From assembly GCF_022539665.2 (NCBI RefSeq), contig NC_081333.1, positions 5,704,001-5,768,000 on the forward strand: 64,000 nt of DNA. The letters run 5' to 3'. The stretch comes from Daphnia carinata (taxonomy: Eukaryota). Position 1 is the first letter of the stretch; the number at the start of each line of letters is the position of its first letter. The notes below the pieces were generated by a model, which searched no databases, was not told where the DNA came from, and worked only from the letters and a program-made list of their open reading frames with translations. The translations under genes and the position numbers were made by a program. Positions 55,027 to 64,000 of this stretch are shown piece after piece.

Positions 55027-56928
55027 CTATTTTTGTAGCAACGTCGCTGCTTGTCGGTGGAGTGTAGTTTTTCCTACATTGGGCATCCTATTTGTCGACC
55101 GGTATGGCTCTGAACGCTCGATTTGCTGCACTGTGGGTGGGACGTTAATGATATTTATTGGAGCTGATGGTGCGTTGTGGACGTTTGCGTGGCCCCCGGA
55201 CTCCAGATCGGTTTCTCTCGCGGCACTAGTCGCTAACCAATTAAAGGGGTTGCACGTCGGTAAACAGGACAAACACGGAATGAATCTCGCAAGAAGGGAT
55301 CCCAATCCACAAAATCGGAAGGCTAGTGCAATGACGATGCCTATGCCTGAAATGGATCCGAAATCTCTGAGCCAGTTTCCTACTCTGGCCATGAAGGAGA
55401 TGTGCGGAGCGTCGTAAGCGTTGAGTAGGACGTTACTGACCCGCCGGGTAAGCCTTATGTCGGTGGTGCTGTGTTCGTGTACTGTTGCTAGGAGATCTGC
55501 CATGGCCGCCGCCGGACTCAAAGGATTTTGTTTAAGCGCTGGGTGCAGCTGTAGGACTGAACCGAGGGTGTTATCTACTTCGTATGTCAGGGCGTTGATC
55601 AGCTTTGTGCCCCTTACTGCCACAGAAGGTACTATAGGGTCCCAGGTTCCATTTTTGTAGGTGTGGGCACGACCGTTGAAATTGACGAATCCGGAGTGCC
55701 AGTAGCATTCTCTATACTCGGTTAGTTCCCACCCTTCTATACTGATGGTGGAGTTCTCTACCTTTGGCTGAGGTCCGCAGTCCGTGATGACTGTTGCAAA
55801 GGTTACCTCACGGGCGGCGCACTGGAGTACGGCGACGTCTTTGCCCGTTGGTTGGAGTTTGGTGCATTTCGGCAAGCTCAAATAGCTGGCGGCTAGCCAA
55901 CCATTATATTGCGCCGTGGCGATGGCGTTTTTATGCGCTGTTTCCCGAATTTGACACTGGAGCGCCCGTATTTCTTCCGCCAGCCCATTCGACATTTCTA
56001 CAGCGACATCCCGGATGTATTGTGTGTGAGCTACTGCGTCTATCTCGGCGCGGAGCATTGTCGGGATGGTCCAGTTTTTGTTGTTCAATTTGGCCTCGTT
56101 CTTCGAATTGTTCAAGACGATCCAGGAGGCTACTACGCGGTCCATCCCTAACACGGGGCGGTAGTTTGAGTAGTTCGTCGCCGGTTTGCAAAGTCCAACA
56201 CTGACATTTTTCACCACGAAGTCTAATTGTTTACTGGAGTCGCGAATTCGGAAAATTTTCTGGTCGGATGTCTGATATAACAGGGCCACTCCTTCCTCTA
56301 CTTGTTTAGCTTGGCATTTTTGGGATTCCCGGAGCGAGTTGTCCCATACGATCGTCACGAGGTTGTGTACTAACGAACCGTTGGCGGAGGCGGGAATGTC
56401 GCCTAAGGGCGAGCTGATGACGCAGTCCGAACATTCGGTCTCCAAGATCACCTCTTCCAACCGGCAGTTGATCAGGTAGTCGCTGCTAGTTTGTAGCCAG
56501 CTTCCTTGTACATGTGGCGTTGTTTCCAGAGACCACTTGTTGGATCCCAGGTTGTTCATCGGCTGTCTGTCGCACAATCTTGAATCGCGTAATCTTCGAC
56601 ATTCGTCGGCGGTAACGTCCAAAGGCGTGCGGTGCTCTTGCACGTGGTCCCATTGAAAAAAGTCGCGATAGACTGTTTTACTCATTTTCCACATAACACA
56701 CGTATGTCCTAAAAATCTCTGCGTAACGGGTAGTGTAGAGTACACGTTGTAGTATACTCGAACGGGGGCTGCTGAGCTGATTTTGTGTTTGCAGCCTTCG
56801 TCGTCGAACTGGAGAAATCCCTTGTGGAGGGCGTTGTCACAATCGCAGACCGTAGCGTTGAATGCAAGGCTTCCACTGACCATCGTGGCTAAAACGAAGA
56901 TCTGTAAAACACTATAAGATGAAGACAC
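55027..56928 (-). CDS. env: Env-like type I membrane glycoprotein, probably a class III fusogen; likely spliced at 56901
   Basis: Signal-peptide-like IFVLATMVSGSLA, Cys-rich ectodomain with multiple N-x-S/T sites, TM segment ISGIGIVIALAFRFCGLG and a cytoplasmic tail. Lies in the third-ORF position after pol. The acceptor ttatagtgttttacag immediately precedes the signal segment. Confidence 0.85.
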   Translation of the reverse strand: MSSSYSVLQIFVLATMVSGSLAFNATVCDCDNALHKGFLQFDDEGCKHKISSAAPVRVYYNVYSTLPVTQRFLGHTCVMWKMSKTVYRDFFQWDHVQEHRTPLDVTADECRRLRDSRLCDRQPMNNLGSNKWSLETTPHVQGSWLQTSSDYLINCRLEEVILETECSDCVISSPLGDIPASANGSLVHNLVTIVWDNSLRESQKCQAKQVEEGVALLYQTSDQKIFRIRDSSKQLDFVVKNVSVGLCKPATNYSNYRPVLGMDRVVASWIVLNNSKNEAKLNNKNWTIPTMLRAEIDAVAHTQYIRDVAVEMSNGLAEEIRALQCQIRETAHKNAIATAQYNGWLAASYLSLPKCTKLQPTGKDVAVLQCAAREVTFATVITDCGPQPKVENSTISIEGWELTEYRECYWHSGFVNFNGRAHTYKNGTWDPIVPSVAVRGTKLINALTYEVDNTLGSVLQLHPALKQNPLSPAAAMADLLATVHEHSTTDIRLTRRVSNVLLNAYDAPHISFMARVGNWLRDFGSISGIGIVIALAFRFCGLGSLLARFIPCLSCLPTCNPFNWLATSAARETDLESGGHANVHNAPSAPINIINVPPTVQQIERSEPYRSTNRMPNVGKTTLHRQAATLLQK

Positions 56929-56999
56929 ATGAGATATACGTTTTCTTTGGGAGGGTTAGTTGTTCGTCTGCTCCGCATGCTACATGTATATACACATTT

Positions 57000-59900
57000 T
57001 TATAATTTCCGGGGCGGCCGGATTTTAGTCCAGGGCCTTAATCCTTCCCGTCTTTCAGGTCGGGCTACTATTTCGTCTTCGCTCTGTTCTGGAGGGGTAA
57101 ATCCAAAAAATGGATTAGAGATGTTTATTTCGTTTTCTTCCGCTATTGGTTCTAGTGTGGACGGTTCCCATGAGTCAGGGATCAGGTCGTTTAGTCCTAG
57201 CGCTTCTTCTTCCGTTGATTCTTCGATCGTCCTATCTTCAGGATCTAGTCTGAGGTCTTCGAAAACAGGGCAAGGGTCGTCTCTCCAAATCATTGCTTCG
57301 AGTAAGGGTTTGATCCGGTTGGTATGGACTAGCTGCGGCGTTGCTACTGGGGTGGACTGGATCTCTACCGTGTGGTTGGAGTTGATTTTTGTTATCCGGT
57401 AAGGTCCTTGGTACCTCGGGTTTAATTTTCGACTAGTGCCGGGTTTGACTGTTCGGACGTCGAGTAGTACCTTGTCTCCGATCTGATACTCAAACGTCTT
57501 CACCCGTTTGTTGTACTGCTCTTTCTGCTGTATCCTAGCTTTTTCCAGATTTTCTTTGACGAGGTCGAATGCTTTGAAGAGTCGCTTCATGGTCTGGCTC
57601 TTGTAGTCCTGTGGGGTGATAGGATCGGTGGTGCCCGGCTGTAACCAACGGTCTATTGGCATTACTGCGTCTCGGCCGTGATTTAGGAAATACGGCGTTT
57701 CTTGCGTCGATGAGTTGACTGAGTGCCGGTAAGCAAAAGCTACATGCCCTAGCATTTCTTCCCAGTCTTCGTACCCTTCCGAAATGTATTTTCTCAGCAT
57801 TTCCACGACAGTTTTGTTGAACCGTTCTGTTAATCCATTCGTTTGGGGGTGATACGCTGTTGTGGTGCAGTGCTTGATGCGAAGCGCTTGGCACAGTTGC
57901 TGGAACAGTTCCGACGTAAAATTGGTTCCACGATCCGAGATGATTACTCTAGGAGGGCCGTGGTAATTTATGATTTTGTCGACTAGAGCTTTGCATGTAG
58001 TTACTGCCGTTTGATCTGGCAGCGCCACTACTTCGACCCATTTGGTAAAGTAATCCGTTATTACTAGTATGTGATTGTTTCCCTCGAAGGATGTGGGATT
58101 TATCGGGCCCAGGAAATCGAGTCCCAGGGTCTCGAAGGGGGCTTGTGCAGGTTGGAGCGAGTGCAGGAGCGCTCGGTTGTCGGATCGACGCTGTCGGGCG
58201 CACACCTCGCATTTCTGGCAGTATTCTTTGACGTCTTCGAGCATGCTGGGCCAATAGTACTTGTCGCGTAGCCTTTGGCAGGTCCTTCTGTAGGCGAGGT
58301 GGCCGGAAAGGGGTGAATCGTGGTATTCCTCTACTAGTGCTTGCCTGAGTGATGCTGGTACCACCACTTGTTTTTGCATGAATCGACGCCTTTTCTCGGA
58401 ATGTGGGATGTAGGACCTGCAGAGTACGCCGTCCTCGACGGTGAATAATTCGATTTCCTTGGCCCAACTTGGCATTCGTCGGTGATCTTCTTCCCATAGG
58501 AGCCCGTTTTCTAGGTATGATCTGATGTCTTGACATAACGGGTCGTCCTTCTGTTCCTGAACTATGCTGTCGACGTCTTTCGGCTGCACTTGGACGGCTG
58601 CCACCGGGATTCGTGATAGGAAATCGGCGTTTTCGTTTACTCGCCCGGGCCGGTACCGCACCGTATATTTGAGGTTGCCGAGCGTTATTGCCCATCTGCC
58701 TAATCTGCCCGTTTCGTCTTTAAAGGTCTGAAGCCATTGTAGTGGGCGGTGGTCACTCACTATTACGAACGGGTCGTCTTGTAAGTAATATTTAAATCGT
58801 TTGACTCCGAAAATCAGAGCAGCTGCTTCTTTCTCCACCGTAGAATATTTCCTTTCCCTGTCGTTTAGGTGTCTGCTGGCGTAGGCAATCGGCTGGTCTC
58901 TACCGTTGATTTCTTGGGAGAGGACGGCTCCTAGTCCGTAGTCGCTTGCGTCGGTGAAGATGATGAATTCTTTACTGAAATCCGGGTATGCCAACACGGG
59001 TTGGGTGATTAAACTTTTCCTTAGGGCTTCGAAGGATTTCTCCTCTTCTGGGCCCCACTTGATCTCGTCTTTTGGCTGTCCTTTTGTTCGTATTAGAAGT
59101 GGATGTGCGGTGGTTGAAAATTTCTCGATGAATCGCCGATAGTATGAGGCTAAACCCAGGAACGATTGTAGCTCTCTTACGGTGCTTGGGCGTTTGTAGT
59201 TGGCTATTGCTTCGATTTTGCTAGGATCAGGAGCGACCCCGTCCGCTGATATGATGTGTCCTAGGTAGTGTACTTTATCTTGTAGAAATTTGCACTTGGA
59301 CAGTTTAAGTTTTAGATTAGCTTTTTCTAGTAGTCCAAAGATTTCCTGTAGATGCGTGACGTGCTCTTCGATAGTAGTCGAGAAGACTATGATGTCGTCC
59401 AGGTAGACCAGACAACTCTTCCCGAGGACATTAGATAGTACGAAGTTCATTAATCGTTGGAACGTTCCTGGAGCGTTGGTTAGCCCAAATGCGAGTCTAT
59501 TCCATTCGTATAAATTATTGTCGACGATAAATGCGGTTTTTTCTTTGGATTGCTCCTCCATTTCGATTTGCCAATAGCCTGACGCGAGGTCGAGAGTGGA
59601 GAAAAGCTTTTGTCCTTGCAGCAAGTCTAGGACATCGTCGATTCTCGGTAGTGGGAATGAGTCCTTTTTCGTTATCGCGTTTAATTTCCTGTAGTCGATG
59701 CATAGTCTTTCTTCTCCTGATTTTTTCCGTACCAAAACGATGGGTGATGCCCATGGTGAAACAGAGGGTTTGATAATGTCGTTTTCGAGTAACTCCTGGA
59801 TTATTTTCTCCGCGACTTCTTTTTGCCGTGGAGAGTTTCGGTAGGGCCGAGAGCGGATGGGTCCTTTGCCTTGCGTGTCGATCGTGTGCTTGACTAGCCC

Positions 59901-60809
59901 TGTTTTCCCGAGGTCTTCTGTTTTGAAAGCAAATAGGTGGGTATGATTTGTAAGGAGTAATTGTAATGCTTGTTTTTCTCGGGCTGGGATGGCTGTTAGG
60001 GCTTTTTCGAAGATGGTGGAGTCGGCGGGGATGTTCTGGTAGGAGCAGGAGGCGATGGTGTGTTGTGCTTTTTCTTCGGTGAAGATTACTTTTCCTAGCA
60101 CTTGAAACGCGGGTATTGTGATTTGCTTGTTGGTCTCGTTGACGACGACTATGCGGAATAATCCATTTCCCTGTTTCTTCGAAACAAACGGGTCGAGTCG
60201 GATTCCCTTCGGGAGTTCCGGCGCAGATATAAATGAGCAGGCGATATTCGGGGGTAGCTTTCCGCCCCCCTGTTCGCTCTCCACCACTTGTGCTGTGTAT
60301 GGAGAGATGGTGATTTTTTGCGGGGTGATCATAACGGGTTCGTGAGGTGATTGATCGGGTCTTCTCATCCGATAAATCGTACACTCACTACCATCAAACA
60401 TGAATTTATGCCCGTAGAGAGCGTCTAATCCTAGTACGCAGCTCTCGGTGATACCGTCCACTACAATGAACGCTTGGGTTAAGAGATCGGGACATTCTTC
60501 GTCCACTAGTTGAAAAGTAAGGGTGACTGTGCCCTGAGTTTTTAAGCGCCTGTTATTTATATCATATAGCTCTACTGCAACCTCTGGAGAGAAATTTACG
60601 ATGTTTCCACAAAGTTTTGAATATAATTTGTTACTTAGCAGGCTTTTTCCTGCACCACTGTCGAAAAGAGCTTCAAAGATCACTTCGCCTGCTTTTAAGG
60701 TGATTCTGGGGGGTCCGACTTTACTTTGCACACTTTTTACGTACTGGCGGGGCTTAGGAGCGTTTCCACCGGTTGGCCCGTCACGTCTATCGGTGGTTAC
60801 TCGTTTAAC
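57000..60809 (-). CDS. pol: pol of element 2 (PR-RT-RNase H-integrase), expressed by -1 frameshift from gag
   Basis: ALFDSGA, RLCIDYRKLN, YLDD, TDASD..DHRPL, HHCC (HDSPLSGH..CQKCEVC), DDE (LDFLGP/SDRG/ERFN) and GPY motif. The frame is open from the slippery site at 60809-60803. No chromodomain recognised. Confidence 0.97.
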   Translation of the reverse strand, partial: VKRVTTDRRDGPTGGNAPKPRQYVKSVQSKVGPPRITLKAGEVIFEALFDSGAGKSLLSNKLYSKLCGNIVNFSPEVAVELYDINNRRLKTQGTVTLTFQLVDEECPDLLTQAFIVVDGITESCVLGLDALYGHKFMFDGSECTIYRMRRPDQSPHEPVMITPQKITISPYTAQVVESEQGGGKLPPNIACSFISAPELPKGIRLDPFVSKKQGNGLFRIVVVNETNKQITIPAFQVLGKVIFTEEKAQHTIASCSYQNIPADSTIFEKALTAIPAREKQALQLLLTNHTHLFAFKTEDLGKTGLVKHTIDTQGKGPIRSRPYRNSPRQKEVAEKIIQELLENDIIKPSVSPWASPIVLVRKKSGEERLCIDYRKLNAITKKDSFPLPRIDDVLDLLQGQKLFSTLDLASGYWQIEMEEQSKEKTAFIVDNNLYEWNRLAFGLTNAPGTFQRLMNFVLSNVLGKSCLVYLDDIIVFSTTIEEHVTHLQEIFGLLEKANLKLKLSKCKFLQDKVHYLGHIISADGVAPDPSKIEAIANYKRPSTVRELQSFLGLASYYRRFIEKFSTTAHPLLIRTKGQPKDEIKWGPEEEKSFEALRKSLITQPVLAYPDFSKEFIIFTDASDYGLGAVLSQEINGRDQPIAYASRHLNDRERKYSTVEKEAAALIFGVKRFKYYLQDDPFVIVSDHRPLQWLQTFKDETGRLGRWAITLGNLKYTVRYRPGRVNENADFLSRIPVAAVQVQPKDVDSIVQEQKDDPLCQDIRSYLENGLLWEEDHRRMPSWAKEIELFTVEDGVLCRSYIPHSEKRRRFMQKQVVVPASLRQALVEEYHDSPLSGHLAYRRTCQRLRDKYYWPSMLEDVKEYCQKCEVCARQRRSDNRALLHSLQPAQAPFETLGLDFLGPINPTSFEGNNHILVITDYFTKWVEVVALPDQTAVTTCKALVDKIINYHGPPRVIISDRGTNFTSELFQQLCQALRIKHCTTTAYHPQTNGLTERFNKTVVEMLRKYISEGYEDWEEMLGHVAFAYRHSVNSSTQETPYFLNHGRDAVMPIDRWLQPGTTDPITPQDYKSQTMKRLFKAFDLVKENLEKARIQQKEQYNKRVKTFEYQIGDKVLLDVRTVKPGTSRKLNPRYQGPYRITKINSNHTVEIQSTPVATPQLVHTNRIKPLLEAMIWRDDPCPVFEDLRLDPEDRTIEESTEEEALGLNDLIPDSWEPSTLEPIAEENEINISNPFFGFTPPEQSEDEIVARPERREGLRPWTKIRPPRKL
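60746..60809 (-). promoter_or_regulatory. -1 programmed ribosomal frameshift signal (G_UUA_AAC plus downstream stem or pseudoknot)
   Basis: Heptamer in gag codon phase just before the gag stop. A 6-nt spacer is followed by stem ccaccg/cggtgg, and loop gggc can pair with downstream gccc. pol is in the -1 frame. Confidence 0.75.
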
Positions 60810-63049
60810 TTCCCGTTGAAGGGATTACTTGCCGGTGGATTCCCCAGCGGTGGTGGCGGGTACTGCGGCGTCTGTTGCTGCGGTTGGCTTGGTGGCTGCT
60901 GGTGATATTGCCTTTGCTGCTGGTTTCCCGCCGTCGGGTGTTTCTGTCCTGGCGGGGGTTGGTTGGCTTTATTGTAGCAGGTGCTGCTGGTGTGTCCCCG
61001 GCGTCCGCAGTTGTCGCATGCAAGCCTCATTTTTGCTGCACAGTCCTTCGTGTCGTGACCGTACATGTTGTGGTAGGTGCAATATTTATCCGAGGTCCCA
61101 GGGTTACGTTGTTCGTTTCTTCGTCCTTCCTGATTTTTTGCGAGTTCTGCTCTTATTGCTTCTCTAATGAGGGATGTGATGTCGTCCTTTTTTACTGGCG
61201 GAGGTGGTACGTCGTAGTTCCCTGGATGGCCCCTGGAGTTAGCGAGTTCTAGCGCTAGGTCGTGCCGCTCTGCTGCTTCGATCATCTGGTCGAAGGAGGG
61301 GAAGTCCAGACAAAATAGTCGGTCGTGTAGTTGAGGCGCCAGCCCGTTCATGAATTTGTCCCTGCTTAACTGTTCGATGACTTCCTGGCTTACGTTGGGA
61401 TAGCCTCCTCTTGCTAGTTTTTGGATTCGATGGGCGAAGTTCCTTATTGATTCCGCGGGCTCTCTTTTGCAGCTGTTAAACGACGTTCTGTATTTGTGTT
61501 CCATGTTTTTCCCCATGAATCTTTCTTTCAGGGCTCGCTTGACGGTTTCGTAACAGGTGGCTTCGACTGGGTGGTCAAGCTGGAATTGTTCCATAAAGTC
61601 GCCTGCAGGTCCTACCAGTTTAGACCGTAGATATTTAATTTTTCTGGAATCTTCGAAGTCGCCGATATCCATTGTGTTTTCAAAGTGTCTGATCCACGAA
61701 TTGAGGTCCACATTATCTCCTGGCTTGGAGAATACACTAATTTGAGATAGTAGCCGCGTCGCTTGAATGTCGAGGTCGCTGATGGTCGACTGACGTTGAC
61801 CGTAGGATTGTTGTGATGGGTACGTGCTCATGGTCGTGTAACTGGGTTGAATTGCCATTGTCGACACAGTGGGGTAATCTTGCCGTGTAGGCGCAGCGAG
61901 ATCGTTTGTCTTATGTTGCCATGGAGTAGGGTTCGGCGTGGACGTATATTGTGGCGTGGGCGTGGGTTGGCTCGTACTGCCCCTTAGGGTCGCTACGAAG
62001 CTTGCTGCTGCTTCGGTTGTCCAGTTGTTCCTCGTTAGGGTTCGAAACACTGTGATTAGGTCGTCTTCCGAATCGTTTGTGTGATGGTTAGATTCCATTG
62101 TAGTGTGTGGTGTAGTTGTTACGAGTTGCGGGGTAAATGACACTCTTTTTGGGATTGGTGGTTGAGGGTGATCCGCGTTTGGTCTTGGCGTTTCTTTGTT
62201 CACAGCTCCTGAGTTTGAGATTTCTTCTTTCTTGTGTTTGTTGATGGCTCCGGTGTCTCGTTCTTGGTTTGTTACGAACGGGTTTCCTGTTGTTCTGACG
62301 GGATGTGGCGCGAAGGCTGAGTGTGGTCTGTCTGAACTAAAACTGGTTAACCCCGGATTTGATCGTGGAGCGGGGTCGCTTGGTGCCGGTTGAGTTATTG
62401 CGTTAGTCTGTGGTAGCCTTGGGTAGATGCTTTCCGATGGAGGTGTGAGAAGTGTTCGTAGGTTCAGAAAATAGAACAGCTCCCTCGGTGTGTAAAATTT
62501 GTCTCCGTGTGTTCGTATGAGTGCTCGGTATAGCTGTTGGGTCTTTTCGTATGGGAGTGTAGGTTGGCTGTTCAAAGCCCTGAGGAATTGCAGCTCTAAT
62601 AGAATTTCTTCTTCTGGTACGTCTTCGAGCTGTAGATCGGCGTATAGTTTATTGAAACTTGGTGTTCCGGTTAAGTCTACTTTGCACGCTGAGATAGTTT
62701 CTTGGAAAAATAGTTCAGTGGGGTCGGTTTGTGGTTGTTCGTGATCGTTTTCTAATATCGTTTGGGCTTTTCTTAGCACCTCCAAAGGGGGTGTTTCAAG
62801 TTCGTTGACCTCCAGGTGAGTGGTTTCTTTCTCCCTTATGTTGTTCCACTGACTTGCGAGGTTGTGTTCTTCTATTTCGTCGTCGGTGAGCAGATTGGTG
62901 TTGGGTGAGTCGGTTTCTGGAGTTTTTTGTGTGTGGATCGGTGAATAAATGACTTCACTGTTGTGCCCTTGGGCTTTTGGATTTCTTTTGGATGCTAGTC
63001 CCGTCACTATTTTACTTGCATTCCGAAATGCTTTAGTTAAATTATCCAT
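60797..63049 (-). CDS. gag: gag of element 2 (750 aa)
   Basis: Capsid-like region (WIRHFE..KIKYLRSKLVGPA..KREPAESIRNFAHRI..FMNGL) and two knuckles, CTYHNMYGHDTKDC and CDNCGRRGHTSSTC. Confidence 0.95.
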   Translation of the reverse strand: MDNLTKAFRNASKIVTGLASKRNPKAQGHNSEVIYSPIHTQKTPETDSPNTNLLTDDEIEEHNLASQWNNIREKETTHLEVNELETPPLEVLRKAQTILENDHEQPQTDPTELFFQETISACKVDLTGTPSFNKLYADLQLEDVPEEEILLELQFLRALNSQPTLPYEKTQQLYRALIRTHGDKFYTPRELFYFLNLRTLLTPPSESIYPRLPQTNAITQPAPSDPAPRSNPGLTSFSSDRPHSAFAPHPVRTTGNPFVTNQERDTGAINKHKKEEISNSGAVNKETPRPNADHPQPPIPKRVSFTPQLVTTTPHTTMESNHHTNDSEDDLITVFRTLTRNNWTTEAAASFVATLRGSTSQPTPTPQYTSTPNPTPWQHKTNDLAAPTRQDYPTVSTMAIQPSYTTMSTYPSQQSYGQRQSTISDLDIQATRLLSQISVFSKPGDNVDLNSWIRHFENTMDIGDFEDSRKIKYLRSKLVGPAGDFMEQFQLDHPVEATCYETVKRALKERFMGKNMEHKYRTSFNSCKREPAESIRNFAHRIQKLARGGYPNVSQEVIEQLSRDKFMNGLAPQLHDRLFCLDFPSFDQMIEAAERHDLALELANSRGHPGNYDVPPPPVKKDDITSLIREAIRAELAKNQEGRRNEQRNPGTSDKYCTYHNMYGHDTKDCAAKMRLACDNCGRRGHTSSTCYNKANQPPPGQKHPTAGNQQQRQYHQQPPSQPQQQTPQYPPPPLGNPPASNPFNGKLNE

Positions 63050-63199
63050 CTAATCTCACCCGGGCTATTTTTGCGGCGTTGATGCGGGCTTAACAAAAAT
63101 AATACCCAGAAATCTTGATAGATGGCGCTCAAGTGTCAATAAAAGTGCGAAAAAAAAAAAAAAACAAAAACAAGGATGTCTCTTGCGGAAGCGTGGTAT

Positions 63200-63218
63200 T
63201 CGAATTTCACTGTCACCA
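63200..63218 (-). promoter_or_regulatory. Primer-binding site (tggtgacagtg...), tRNA identity uncertain, possibly Leu
   Basis: TGG lies 2 nt downstream of the LTR ...cctcACA end. Only partial resemblance to tRNA-Leu 3' complements, from memory. Confidence 0.6.
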
Positions 63219-63220
63219 GA

Positions 63221-63623
63221 TGTGAGGTTTGTCCAGTGAGGGAGACAAACTACACGAAATAAGATAGATAAGGATGTTTCGAGACTTACTGTGAGCTCAT
63301 GGTGGAGAGCGGCGACTGGCGGAGAAATGACGCAACACAATTCAGTAAGTGACACAGGGTTTGTATTATAGCACTTTTGGACACGGAGCACCGTACACTT
63401 CGACTCACAAAAACAGACTGCTTTACAATTTTTCGGGGAGAACATTTTATAGGTAAGTAGAAGGTCGAATTGGTTAGCACTTCGGGAAGGGCAGGGGATT
63501 TTGCCGTGTAAATTTAACACAGAGGTGCGAAAAGGGGCATGGGGCGGTTCTCGGAGGTTAAAGTCCTCCGTGGGAACCAAGGTCGGTGTGGGGAGAAGCG
63601 GTGCCGGTGGGTCGTCCCTTACA
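63221..63623 (-). repeat. 5' LTR of element 2 (403 bp, TGTAAGG...CCTCACA)
   Basis: TG...CA termini with imperfect inverted ends, a TATA (cctataaaa) on the minus strand near 63445-63453, and a following PBS. Confidence 0.95.
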
Positions 63624-63989
63624 ATAATGAAACTGATTCTATAACACTATATTCACATTGAATACACGTATATTTGATGCTGTTTGAATGTAGATATTGA
63701 AACTGATTCTATAACACTATATTCACATTGAATACACGTATATTTGATGCTGTTTGAATGTAGATATTGAAACTGATTCTATAACACTATATTCACATTG
63801 AATACACGTATATTTGATGCTGTTTGAATGTAGATATTGAAACTCACTGTATCACACTATATTCACATTGAATACACGTATATTTGATGCTGTTTGAATG
63901 TAGATATTGAAACTCACTGTATCACACTATATTGACATTGAATACACGTATATTTGATGCTGTTTGAATGTAGATATTGACACTCACTG
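63624..63989 (+). repeat. 70-bp satellite, block 3 (~5 monomers)
   Basis: Same monomer and orientation. Confidence 0.98.
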
Positions 63990-64000
63990 TGTAAGGAACG
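63990..64000 (+). mobile_element. Start of another LTR, probably related to element 2, in the opposite orientation
   Basis: The satellite stops abruptly. tgtaaggaacg matches the element-2 LTR start tgtaagggacg at 10/11. Only 11 nt are visible. Confidence 0.6.

Larger units (their letters stand above)
52608..63623 (-). mobile_element. Near-complete Ty3/Gypsy LTR retrotransposon 2 (endogenous retrovirus-like) with gag, pol, env-like gene and a fourth ORF
   Basis: Two LTRs offset by 10641 bp with no mismatch seen by eye. Uninterrupted gag (750 aa), pol (>1243 aa) and env (~630 aa). Satellite flanks both sides in approximately continuous phase. Confidence 0.97.

Noticed and set aside
57535..60384. 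Overlapping alternative-frame ORFs in pol (248 aa, 289 aa, others)
   Set aside because: Arg/Pro-rich off-frame products expected from the codon bias of pol, with no motifs.

Overview
Eukaryotic heterochromatin-like window, probably invertebrate. The ~50-70 bp introns resemble Daphnia-like crustaceans, but that is inference only. An AT-rich 70-bp tandem satellite fills about 40 kb in three same-orientation blocks: 1608-31799, 42801-52607 and 63624-63989. Transposons interrupt it. (1) A probable Helitron 5' end lies on the minus strand at 1-1607. (2) A plus-strand Ty3/Gypsy element starts at 31800, has a tRNA-Gln PBS and runs into a 100-N gap. Its gag is split by (3) a 5.9-kb Mutator/Phantom-like DNA transposon with foldback TIRs, an 8-bp TSD and an intron-rich PHD-FLYWCH-MULE transposase. 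(4) A young, apparently intact minus-strand Ty3/Gypsy element spans 52608-63623, with LTRs identical by eye. (5) A related LTR begins in the last 11 bases. Element 4 is the most interesting and is organised like a complex retrovirus. It has gag, a -1 frameshift to pol, a class III (gB/rhabdovirus-G-like) env and a fourth accessory ORF, with a hairpin where the PPT should be. Between env and ORF4 sits an antisense tRNA-like Pol III head fused to a ~260-nt highly structured RNA that ends in a T4 run.
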